NCBI GenBank assembly: GCA_973895155.1
Contig: OZ316893.1
Coordinates: 10,793,660 to 10,857,659, forward strand
Length of the DNA stretch: 64,000 nucleotides
Direction: 5' to 3'
DNA from: Marsupella aquatica
Taxonomy: Eukaryota; Plantae; Marchantiophyta
Program-made: the position numbers and the translations under genes
Shown: in pieces, positions 1 to 11,878 of the stretch
Layout of the letters: every line of letters begins with the position of its first letter
How positions within the stretch are numbered: the stretch's first letter is position 1
Notes under the pieces: generated by a model
The model's input: only the letters and a program-made list of their open reading frames with translations
Databases searched by the model: none
What the model was told of the DNA's origin: nothing

Positions 1-180
1 TAGCCTTCATCAATTTGCATTTAGAATTTGAAAGGCTTCCGTTTGGGCTATCCATGAACTAAAGAAATTCAGCTCCTTTTAGGCTCGGTGACTTGATTTC
101 GTCTAAGACGCAAATTTGAGTTGTTCACAATATATACAGCATTCAAGGACAAAGGAAGAAGTAAAAGAATGGAAACAAAC

Positions 181-2136
181 CTGATTCGCCCAAGAATCTC
201 CAGAAATCTCTCTGTTTTCTCAACCGCAGGGGGCAAACTAGTGTCCTTTTGGAGCCATCCAATGTCATCAGCCGATCCTCGTAATGTAGTTTGTACACGA
301 GACACCAAGCTGAGAGAAAAATGATAAACAAAAAAAGGATTTGAGACGACATCCCAAAAATAACCATTCAAGAGGTAAAAAGCCACAAGACCTCAACCAG
401 AATCCAGTCTCACGGGGCTTCCCGTCACAGTTCAGTAGGCCAAAAAAAGTCTGTCAAGTTTCTAATTTTCTAATAACGATTTTGGGCTTGATAGACTCTT
501 GAAATCTCATATTAATCAAGGCTGAGCAAGGTCTATAGATGCAGAAAATTAACTTGAGGATGTGTATAAAATCCTGGAGTCTGTACACTCGTCACAGGAC
601 CCTGCTGACTGTGAGCCCTGTCTACTTCGTTTCTATAAATTTGAGAAATCTTCAAAGATCTCACATTTGGCAGGACTTCTGCTGATTGCCCCTTCCACTA
701 GGTTTGATGTTGTTGTTTCCAGTCCTAAGTGGCCACCAAAGACCCATGTCCAGACTTGGCATAACCCTAGGACTTAAATCTAGAGTGGATAACTGAATAT
801 GGACTGACCACATACGTATCAAGAGCCTCCAATCTGGTATTCGACTTATGCAAAATTTGTAACAGAGGGGCAACTGCATTTTGACTCTGTTCTCTAGTAT
901 TTTTCACAATTAGCCCCTGAGGAATAAATTAGGGACCTCTATCTAAGCTCAAGTGGCTAGAATCCGAGCAGATACTTCTCCTGCCAGTTATTAGTAGGCT
1001 TGACATTTACAATGCATCACAAAAACTTGCAAGGCAAGGCTACTCCATGCTTCCACAAATTACCAGGGAGGGCCGCAGACGGGTCACTGACCCTTGCCAA
1101 ACAGCAGGTGGTCCAGTCAAGAGAGTTTGTCCCATTCCCATCATTGCAGCACCTGTTGCGTTGAACAATGACACAGCACCTCCAAAATTTGTGAGTGCCA
1201 GTGGACTATCACTCGGTGATGCAGAATCCCGAAAAGGAGGAACAGTGACAACCATCTGCTGTTGCTCCAGGGTCCTGAAAGAACTCTGGTCAGATGATCT
1301 TGTGTCTCTGACAATAAGGGGAGTCAGCTCCACCTCAGAGGAACCGGTAGTCTCTGCCTCATCCACGTTTGCTTCACTTAGCATTGATTCCTCTGCAGAA
1401 CATAATTCAGTGGTTAACTACACAAACACAAGAGGCAACACGAGCAATTCATCGAACAGGTACAAGTTAATATTGACCATTTTCCACATTCGATACTAAA
1501 TGCGCTCTACATGTGGAGACATTCATCTGTTTGGCCAAATCAAGAGCCCAGGGTCTCCGATAGCCTGAGCCTCCTGACTAACTACAGGCTGTCCATGCCG
1601 TGTCTGGTTCCCGTGAACTGAAGAAAAGAACCTTCGTTCCTTCGTCTATGTTCCTCCATTCAATATTCTTGGAATATTTTATCCTTACACCGTCGCTTTC
1701 CCGAAGAAATGTACACGTTTGTTTAGCAAATGGAAAGTCTGCTGTAGCCAAAGAGTTTACTTACCAACAAAGCCAGAGAAGTGTCGACTGAAAAGGGAAG
1801 CAGTCTCAGCGAATTTTAAGGAAACATCATTAAAAGTTGGCACGGCTGCTCCTAATTGTGGAAAGCACCAAGAAATCTGGCCCGATTCCATCAAGTCATC
1901 CTGCTCCCAGAAAACCCGTCCAAGTAAGCTCATGTGTGCAACAAGGACACAACGCTCAAGACGACTGGAGATCACGATAACTAGTATACAATGCTTGTCC
2001 CTCCATTACTTGGGCCAGAAAATACATAATAACGTGCAGAACAAGGAAAGTTTCCAATTTAGGCGAGGCGGTAGCATTGCGACCAAACCTCTGACTCATG
2101 TTGGGATGAGGAAGACGATGGACGGGCAGGGTCCAT
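181..2136 (-). CDS. Alpha/beta-hydrolase (lipase-like) protein, Arabidopsis AT2G44970-like; 5' exons only, gene continues beyond the window start
   Basis: Hand-spliced GT-AG exons: 2136-2089 (MDPARPSSSSSQHESE, tentative start), 1900-1765 (..QLGAAVPTFNDVSLKFAETASLFSRHFSGFV), a short exon near 1480-1570 with uncertain ends, 1392-1092 (..GPPAVWQG), 309-181 (LVSRVQTTLRGSADDIGWLQKDTSLPPAVEKTERFLEILGRIR). RGSADDIGWLQ..PP.E..T.RF is the signature I recall for this plant family. Confidence 0.85.
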
Positions 2137-4039
2137 TGCCACATCTTTCAATTCCAATATTTGACCCAGACCAGTTCGGGGATCTGCTTAAACAAAACAC
2201 ACAAATGGGAGGGCTCAGTGATATATATAATTCCACATAAAGTAGCAACAAAATTACAGTAAGGAAACCCAGAATTTTAGCAAACGCTTTGTTTCTGAAT
2301 AGTCATGGACGAAAAGTCTCCACCAAATTCCCCATTCAAACTCAAAGTCAAATTAATTCGAAGCGCGTGGAGGTAAGTCCTCAGGTCATCGGACGGCAGC
2401 TTCGAAACTTTCTCTTACCCACTGAATCCCTCGAAACGTTCCAACTGGCTGCCCCGTGGTAACAGTCTGCACAACTAGCGACCATCATTTCATGCTCATG
2501 AATCTATGGTCTTTACGAATGGCGTCGATAGGGAGAACGTTGTCCAACAGCCTCGACTGAATCAGGGTATCCACGGTACCTTTTCAACTAGAGCGAACAC
2601 AGACTCCTGAATACGAATTTACGAACGCTCTGGAAGCCAACTGGCAAAACCAAACCATGAGTACCTCGAATCTAATCTACGGTCGTTTGAAAGCAGGTCG
2701 GAAGCACTAGTCAGAGATGATCCTTTTGAGAAAACATCGGCTACGTGAGCAAGTTGAATTCAGGAGTTCTCATGGGTAGACATGGCAACGTCGGGACTCT
2801 AAGAATTGTTTCAATTCCTTCAAGTCGCTCAACTACAGCAATCCATGGCTAAAAATTCGGTCCTGACACGTGATCAGGACGGGCATTGAATTGCAGGTAA
2901 GGACTCGCAGTTTACGAACTTCGTTTCTGAACCGGCATCTTCCCCACAGAGCCATCAATACCAGGTACTGTAGTACCAAAGAACCTTAAATCCAAGTATA
3001 CCGTAATCGTCCCAATTCACGCGCAAATCACATCCCCAACACCGAAAGAAAACGGAAGGCCGGAGACGTGCTGGTCAAGAGTTTGCCAATTCCAGGCCCA
3101 CGTACGCTGTGATGATGCATTTCCGAGAAGCAACCAAAAACTCAAAATAGATTGAACTTTCGCTTGACTGACCATTAAAATAATAATAATTCCTTCCCTT
3201 TTTTATCTCATTTTTAAAAACTTTTAAGAGCCAGGTCCCTCTAGCGTTCAAAAGCATTGCTCCAGAAGCCTCCAGAAGAACATCTTGAAACATTCCCCTG
3301 TGCAACAAACGTTCCACCGAAGCGATCGCCAACCGGAGAAACTGAAAAGTCTTACATGTCTCTCTGGCTCTTTTCGCCCAGAACGAAATTGCGAGTTGTT
3401 GTCCTTCACGTTCCAACCCTAATGTGACAATACCCCTCAACAATCTCCTCCACATTGACATTGACATGCGTCAAATCGCCCCAAAGACCATTCCAATGCA
3501 GTATCTAACGTTGGAGAGAGGACCGATCCATCCATCCATCCTTTCATGACGAACGACACATTGATGATCCATTCATTTGCTCACAAGCAAAAGTTCACCT
3601 GGTTTGCGGGCCATAATCGGCTTCCGCACCGAGTTCACTCGATGCACGATCCGGTAGTCATTCCCCAGATCCGATTCAGTGGGCGCCATCACTGCTCTTG
3701 CTGTGCCGCAAGGTACTTGGCTTGAGCAATAATGCACGCGGTCTGACGAGAGCCGGCGGCATCATCGTTCTCCTTCCTCTCTTTTTTCTTCTTCTTTTCG
3801 GGATCGTCGTCGTCCGGAAGTAATGCGTGCATCTGCTGCTGCTGCCTCCACCCTCTATGCTTGGAATTCCTCTATGCTTGGAATTGGGCTGGCCTCTGCC
3901 CTCAATCAAGCCTTCCTCGTCTCCCTGTGAGAGACCTTGTGGGGGCACACTCGGGTTCTCTCTGATTGTCCCTTCGTTTCGTTTTCTCTTCGTTTTCTCT
4001 TCGTCTTCTCTTCGTTCTTTGTGACTTTTTCACGTGTTT

Positions 4040-5660
4040 GCGCCCTTTAATTTCCCTAAACTCCCGCTTTGGCTCGTTTTTGTTCTTTGGCGTTTTCTTT
4101 TTTCTTTTAGGTTTATTTCACTTTTTTCTCCCCTTTTATTTCCTGCTTCCAGGTTTTGCTATTTTTGTCCTTTAGTGGTGTTTTCTCCGCCTTTATTTCC
4201 TACTAGCCCAATACCTGTGAGTTGCACAAAATATGTTGAGATGAGAAAAGATGTCAAGGTGAAAAAAAGATGTCCAGATGAAAAAAAGATGTTGATGAGA
4301 GAAAAAAATACTGAGGTGAGAAAAAGAGATCAAAGTGAGAAAAATGTGGCAAGGAGAAAAAGATGGTGAGGTGAGAAAAACATGTAAAGATGAGGAAAAG
4401 ATTGGGGAAAAGATATTGAGGAGAGAAAAGTTATAGAGGTTAAGGGAATGATGTTGTGGTGAGATAAAGATGTCAAAGTGAAAAAATGATGATAAAATGA
4501 AAAAAACATAAGATGTCAAGGTGACAAAAATTGTCTTGGAAAGAAAAAATGTTAAAGTTGAGAGAAAAATGTCGAGTGAGAATAAAATATCGTGGTAAGA
4601 TAAAGATATCAATGTGAGAAAAGATGGCGAGACTAGGTGAGAAAAAAAATGGCAAGTCAAGGAAAAGATGTTGAGGAGAGATAACTATGAGAAGATTAGA
4701 AAAACATATCAAACTGAGAAAAGATGTCAAGACCAGACTTGAAATTATAAAGTTTACAATAGAGACATGTTATGTGTGATCTTGGCCATACACTTTTGTG
4801 ATCATGTTCAATAACCCATCCATTTTTGCATAGAAATTTGAGACGCAAGATAACTGCCACAGCATCAAAGAGTTACAATCAAGTGACAGGAAAAATATCC
4901 TTTTTTAACTCAAAATTTTTGTATTGAAAGTATTTCAAAATTCTCAATTTCTTTTCAAATATTTCCAATTTAATTTTAAATAGTAATAAATTTAAATATT
5001 TTCTTAATTAAGTTCTTCATCTTGGGTAGAGGTCAAAATTGGTCCACACTTTTTTATTAGGGGTAAGGTATTATAGTGGTAAAAAATTAGAGGGGAGTAA
5101 CACTTTATGTATGGATGGTACCAAATGGAGAATCCTGCATTGAGAGCACACTTTTCTTGCTTGTAAGAGTGTGTCACCTTTTAGCTCCACACTAAATGTA
5201 ATTAACTTTTTGTCTATTCCTTCTCATTGTCAGACTATTTACTTTTTTGGGCCTTGCAAATTCAAATGACGACCACTTGATAAAAGAGCGGGACCTTGTA
5301 TTATAGTTTAGGATGTCCGGCGTTGGCTAGTTTTTGTTCTTTGGCTTTTCTTTTTTCTTTTTTGGGTGGGGAAAGGGGCAACGTCACTTGTGTTCTCCCC
5401 TTTATTTCCCACCTTCAGAGTTGGCTCTTTTTTTTTCCTTTTAGTGGGGGTTTCCTATGTCCAGAATTGGCGTTTTTTGTTAGTGTATTTTTCACTTCTT
5501 TTCTCCCCTTTATTTCCCATCTCCAGGTTTGGCTCTTTTTGTCTTTTAGTGTGAGTTTCACTTGTTTTTATCACCTTTGTCCAGGTTTGGCTAGTTTTTG
5601 TTATTCAGTGTTTTTCATTCCTGTGTTTTTCACTTGTGGTCTCCCCTTTATTTCTGCCAC
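4040..5660. repeat. Degenerate repeat block: ~60-bp pyrimidine-rich units flanking a purine-rich ~20-bp-unit tract
   Basis: Units like TTCTCCCCTTTATTTCC..CCAGGTTTGGCT..TTTTG..TTTTAGTG occur at 4040-4205 and 5315-5660; GATGTCAAGGTGAGAAAAAA-like units fill 4215-4735. ORFs here are low-complexity artefacts. Confidence 0.7.
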
Positions 5661-6239
5661 TCTTTTTTGCATAATATATATCTTGTCAATAAGTTTTTTA
5701 TATTTATCATGTTGTCACTGTTTTCATTTGTGGGTTAAGAAAACTAACTTGAGTTAGCTCTCTCACATCCAATGGCTCTCATCTCACCTAGTTCCGTGAT
5801 CAGATGGCTCCAGTCTAGTTCAAGGTGACTTTGATCACCCTCAATAGGACAAAGACAGAGCTGTGCGCAAAGAAAGGTTGACCCTTGACAGAGTCTTGGA
5901 CCTCAAGGGGGCCCTTGCCTGTGCAACTCCTTTTTCTTTACAGTCAGGCCTGGTAGGTGAGGGGCTTTAGGCATGGTCCTCTGGCTCACGAGGGCATAGT
6001 CCTCTCTGGCTCACGAGGGGGTAAGGCATTGTCCTCGGGAGTCAATTTGAGGGCCCAGAAAACAGAAAAAGTAGGTTCTCTACTAACATGGGAGTTGGCC
6101 TAAGCTAAATGCCCGCATCATATAAGACTCGGAGAATTTAGCGCTTGAACCCCATGACTAGCCATGTTTCATAAGAATCAAAGGGGAGACTGAAGGCAAT
6201 GGCTGGAAACGTTCCTAGCTCCTACCCTAGAGGTCCACC

Positions 6240-6603
6240 TTGTGAAACTCAAATAAGACAAATTGACTCACTTTTCGTCTCAAGGTGCCTGGTCGATTGA
6301 CATGTAGCAGGAACATAAATTGCTCTGGTGCCCAACCGTGTGACAAATTGACGCACTTTTAGTTTGCAGTGCCTAGCCAATTGACATGTAGCAGAACCAT
6401 CAATTGCTCAGGTGCCCAACCGTCAAACTCAGCATAACAAATTGACTCAATTTTAGTTTCCAGTGCCTAGCCAATTGACATGTAGCAGCACCATAGTTGC
6501 TCTGGTGCCCACCCTGTGAAACTCAATAAAACAAATTGACTCACTTTTAGTTTCAATGTGCCTAGCCAATTGAGATGTAGCAGCACCATGAACTGCTCTG
6601 GTG
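6240..6603. repeat. Tandem repeat, 4 copies of ~85-95 bp
   Basis: ACAAATTGACTCACTTTTAGTTT..GTGCCTAGCCAATTGACATGTAGCAG..CCAT..TTGCTCTGGTGCCC recurs four times. Confidence 0.9.
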
Positions 6604-7639
6604 CGTCTCTCACGGCTGTTTCCGTTTCTCCCAGCAATTTTGGAAGAACATTAGCTGAGTATGGAAAGGTAGCCAGGCTCCGTGGAGGAACATGAAGTCT
6701 CATTTGAAGCTTTGGCTAGAACTCCGATGCGGGTAGGGAGGAGAACATTATGCGGTTTGTCACGTTTGAGATGCTGTTGACGACGATTGAAAGGTCTTTT
6801 TCTTCCTTACTCGTATTGGAGTTCCAAGGCAGGGCCGCTGCGATCATAAAACAAGATTTGCTCTACGATTTTTTTTTTGTAGTTTTTTAGTCGAAGGGTA
6901 AGAGGTACGTGCATGACTCGGGCTGCATCGTAACCACCCCCCCCTTCTCACTTGCTGCCGGAAGTTGTAGTGAGGAACTGCTTAAGGAGCACAATAGTCC
7001 CATAATATTTCTTTGTATGTAAGACTGCAGTTGAGGTGCGAGTGGGTGCTGGACAGGGCCACACTATGGGTGGCAACGAAAGGAGAAAGACCAGTATTGT
7101 AGGAGGAGAAACATCCACGATTGAGGAAGCTTGCGTAAATAATCTCACTGCAACGTTGTTTGGCGTTGGGTTTGTTTTTGTGTCGGACACTGACCACTTT
7201 GTTACTTCATGTACAGTCGACCCAGCGCTATAGGATTGACGCCCCTAGGATGTCTGGAAGGCTCCCTTTCTTCCATTGCCTAGTTAACTCGTTCTTCCAT
7301 TGTCTAGTTACTGTCGATGTACTTGAGACACATGAGATAACTCGTACTAGAAAAGCAAGCAATGGCAAAGGAAGGAATGGTAGGGCCCCATTTGCAAGAG
7401 CCAGGGAACCAATTCGGGCGATCATATGGAGGACACTAACCAGATTGGAAATCAAGTTCTCGGATCCCAGCCAAATGTGGAATGAATATAATTGGAATCT
7501 GGTCCAGCATTGATATAAGTGCTCCTGACTATCAACGTGATCCGATTTAAGGAATCTTATCTCCTGCCAGCAAGGAACTTTACGACTCGTTTATGATCCA
7601 CATCCAGATTTACTTTCTAGCAAAGCTCAGCTAAAGGTG

Positions 7640-8999
7640 CTAAAGAGAGTAATGTTCCGGCCTACCGTTCTCCATGCAATTTCTAACTTTATCCTTGAAT
7701 ATCTTGTCTCGTGCAATGTGTGAGACAATTGGCACCGAAAGTTGTCCCCAACAATGGACATGCAGAATCACAGTCAGCAATTGAAAAATTACTCCCACCA
7801 ATAGAGGCTCCAAAATTCTCTCGTCCAAAGGGCGTCCCTAGAGCATGCTCATATATGATGACTCGTGCCGGCTGCTAAAACAATCCGATGGGAGAAGTAC
7901 TCTCCACAATGTAAAATTGACCTCGGGCTCTTTCCTGCACAGTCACATGCAACCCTTTGAGTATCACTTTTACAGCCTGGAAGTTGTCAGAGTGTTTCAC
8001 ATGTTTGCACCTCATTGAACTCTTCCACTTACGTAGGGCAAACGCCGGTGGCAAGGTGCATTAAGCACACAATCTTTTTCTAGAGTTCTTTTGAAAATGA
8101 ATTTGTAAACAATTCTCCCAAATTGAAACTCATTTGGTCTTTCTTCAACTACGATTCGGAGTGATCAAGTGAATAGGACAGAAGTTTCTGGTCACCTTTT
8201 TTGCCCAGATTGTATAATTCAGTCTCTGTCGCATCTGTGTTCTTCTTTCTTCATAGCACTTCTCGTAGATCTTGGCACCAACAATGGCCACCATTGCCAG
8301 ACCGGCACCAATCAGTGCACCATATGCTAGAGGGAATGCTGCCAAACTCATGATATGTGAGACAACAAGTTTACCTTATTCTCTTCAACTGTTCGTAAAC
8401 ACTGTGGCCTATATTTTCCCGTTTTCGTAAATTGAATAGTTTTGAAACTTTGGAGATTTTTGCAGTGGTGGACATTATGGACACTAGAGTTGGTTTCCAC
8501 AACTAGAAAAGAGAACAGCAAGGAACAATGGAACGCCATAAATCAGCCCGCCAAAGACATCCCAGTGGAGTTGTAGTCCATAACCTTTAAAAGCAGGGGT
8601 TTCTCCATTGTTTTGCCATCCAACTACATCGAACTGCTGACTAAGCAAGTCCAACTAGTTGAATTATGATGGCCCTCCTTTCCAATTCCACATCAGACAG
8701 TTGACAGATCTCTAGCTCGAAATGACAACAGTGCACCGGCAGCCAAGAAGATAAGGAACGACAATCCACAAAGTCATATACAGCAGTAACCAGAAAAGCA
8801 CAATGTAGAGAATCTTGTTACCGGCTGCAGATGCAATGCCCGTTCCGACAAATGCTCCTCCACCTGTGATGGCTAGTGGAACTGCAGAAGCTTTGCCAAC
8901 CCTGCGCACGAATCTTGCAAACCGAGTTCGTGCGAATTTGAGAAACATTCTCACCACCGTTCTTTGCACCCATGACTTGAATCTCCTCCAAACGCCCAT
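7640..8999 (-). CDS. Putative small multi-exon membrane protein with basic N-terminus and Gly/Ala-rich hydrophobic segment
   Basis: Exon 8999-8822 (MGVWRRFKSW..GGGAFVGTGIASAA, G|GTAAC donor) joins in phase to 8338-8196 (AFPLAYGALIGAGLAMVAIVGAKIYEKCYEERR..IWAKK, AAG|GTGACC donor). A further exon near 7838-7640 (GRPLDERILEPLL..) is tentative. No family recognised. Confidence 0.45.
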
Positions 9000-9927
9000 A
9001 TCTTTCTCTCTACCGCGCCAAATTTCTATGATGCCGTAATTTGCTGACCACCTACCTAACTGAAAGTTGTATCCTCCCTTCAAATATCCTGTGCAGAATC
9101 AATTTCCTCCAATTTCGCTTTGATGCGATTTTGATCTTTCTTGATGTCTGTTTGGCTCTGTTCAAGCTCACTCGCATTTGTCAGTATCTACCGGAATCAT
9201 TGCTTTCGTCGTTCTACTTGGGCATGAGTCTACAACGTCTCCCTGGTTCATTGCCCCGCTTTCGAACAACCTTCTCTCAGTCTTTCTGTGGATAGGTGGG
9301 CACAACCTACGGTGCAATCTCTCAGAATTGGTGAGTAAAATTGCGGCCCGGAGAGAGAGCAGCAAAAGAATGTCTCGTTCGACGCATCCTCCCTCCGTCG
9401 TCGTCTGTTCTCCCCTTCCTTTCTTTAACTTCTCACATGAATCGTTACCGTCTCTGGAGTTGAAAAACTACTAATCAAATGGCCCAATGCCATCATCACT
9501 GGTCCCCAAGCAAGCTGCTCGTGCTCTGCTCTGCCCCGACTTTCATCCAGCACGCACTGCGTCACTTTCACTCTACCACTGTCCCTAGTGATTGGAATAT
9601 CACCCCCCTCTAGTCTCTTTTGGGTCTCGTAGACCTCTACAAACTAATTTCAATTCGATTTGCAAGTCATTCTCCAATCAAATCATCCCAATAACATCTA
9701 ATCCTGCTCTTCTCAACTCTGCTACACTGGTCCGACTTGGACCACCACGGAGCTGCTAAAGAGTATAAAACTTGACTCCTCTGCCCCAATCATTCCGAAT
9801 CTTCCAAATGGCTCCATGCCTCTCTCCTCTACACACCTGTACTTTGATCCAATTGGGTCCACCACGAGGAGGGAGCCCACGAGTACAGCGGCACTTTTAC
9901 CGATGCTGCAACTCCATCATCCACTTG

Positions 9928-10093
9928 GATGTTGCCTGACGGGCAAGTTAACGGAGGGCACTGCATCCACTTTGAGGCTGAACCCAATTCGATGTTGCCT
10001 GACGGGAAGTATTGCAGATTGCGCACTGCATCCACTTTGAGGCTGAACCCGATTCTGAAGAAGTAGAGCAAATTGTGCACTGCATCCATACTT
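9928..10093. repeat. Short tandem repeat, ~2.5 copies of ~63 bp
   Basis: GATGTTGCCTGACGGG..GCACTGCATCCACTTTGAGGCTGAACCC.ATTC occurs twice, followed by a third GCACTGCATCCA. Confidence 0.8.
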
Positions 10094-11878
10094 TATCACG
10101 ACGTGGTGACTGTGGCTAGATTGTTCCACAAGTTCTGGGTGTGTAATCCTTGGAGTAGAATTTTTGAGCACACGTGGCAGAAGCATGCAGGATGATGAGC
10201 CAACTGAAAATCTGACTCCCAACAGGGAATATCCATTTGAGGGGTATATCCAGTTTTTACTCCTGTTCCCCAAAGTACAGTAGTTATCAGCTTGTACTCG
10301 CTTTGTTTGCGTCTGCTGTATATGCTTGTGGGTCTGCTGTATATGCTTGATGCTGACCAGTCAGTTCAGTTTTACACAGCAAAACTAGTTGAACGATTCA
10401 GTTCAGTTTTTACACGGCAACCATGTCTGCCACTTGCTTGCTATGATATGTCTCAATCAAATTTCAGAATCCCAGGTTTAGGTTCTTTATTTCTCAGGTC
10501 AGACTGGCCCAAGGAGTTCTCTATTTCTTCAAGTTTCAGAATTCCCAGGCCACATTGGCCAAGGAGCGTGGCTTCTCACTAGTAATGCCTCGCGACTTTG
10601 TTTACAATACAAGGGAAAAAATTGAGAAAGGGTTTATGTATAGGATTAAGGGCATACATTGACCTCTTCGAGGTAGTCCCTTAGTAGTCCCTTTTGAGGT
10701 AGTCCCTTAGTAGTCCCTGGACCATGATTCTACACGGGCCACTGTTGTGTTCCTCGATTGAGCACAGAAGCGTGCTCGATCAGAATCGGAACCGTCGTAT
10801 TGGCGAGGGTGGAATTAGAGCCTACGCTAACATTATTATTATTTGTTAACCTGAGATTCAACCTCAGGAAAACTCATTTATGAGTAAAGAAACATGGTAT
10901 AGACTACGTTTAAAGTTCCCTCTAAGTGGTGTTTCAGCTACAGAACACTGCGTGATTAGCAAGAATCTACGTTTCTTTGAACGCCGCAGGGAACATAAAA
11001 CCAGCAATAAAAGTACTCCTTACCATCTCGTGGCTCAGGATTCCATTTTCTTCGATACTGAGTGAGACCAGCAACTTTGCAAGAAAGGTACTAATGTTCC
11101 AGAACTGGACAAAGATATCTTCGCTGTTAAGATTCATACCAAAATGAGGACCATTTCATAAACTAGAAATGGAAATGACAGCGTAAGCTTGTTCCTCTCC
11201 GTGTAAATTTACAGTGCTCTTTGGTTTCTCTCAGGAAATCCCTACCAAACGAATAACATCAGTACAGTTACTTGAAAATGATCCTAAAGCCCCAATATAC
11301 ACCATGTTGCGACCCTTGGATGCCAGTCACAGTTTAAACTGCATTCCAAGAAACCACCTGCAACCATCCTTCAAAACCAACAATAGTTGAACTCAGTCGC
11401 CTGATTTTTATGCAATATCTTTCCTTTGCAGTTCCACAAATCCAAAGCACTCAAGCAGCTAACAATTGTGATAACAAACACGGCTCGGAACAACAGGGAC
11501 AGATGATATTTAAGCTAGCAGGATTTACACTCTGCTGCTAGACGGCTAAACATGCAGCTCAGTCAAGTGCGAGAGCTTAGGTCTTTAGGACATACCAAAG
11601 AGCTTCATGCTTCGGGGGTTTCCGAGCTGCTTCTGAAAACTTTTGCAATGGTCTTAACATCCAATTCAGCTCACCCTTTCCCTATAATCCAATAATGTAC
11701 AATCTAATCTACGCGTAGAAGAAATGCCGCTACAGATCTGAGCACTTGCCAACGACCACTATAATCGTTGGGTCCGTGGTACCCTAACACCATCTCTGGA
11801 TGCTTTTCATGCTGACTATGACATAAATGGATGCTGCTAAAATGCACGAAGTCCGTCGTTGCAAATGTTCAGACGTGC

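Noticed and set aside
4034-5757. Phe/Leu/Ser-rich and Lys/Glu-rich ORFs
   Set aside because: Products of strand-biased low-complexity repeats.
6240-6603. Tandem repeat as LRR-coding exons
   Set aside because: Unit lengths vary out of frame, stops occur, and no LxxLxL consensus is seen.
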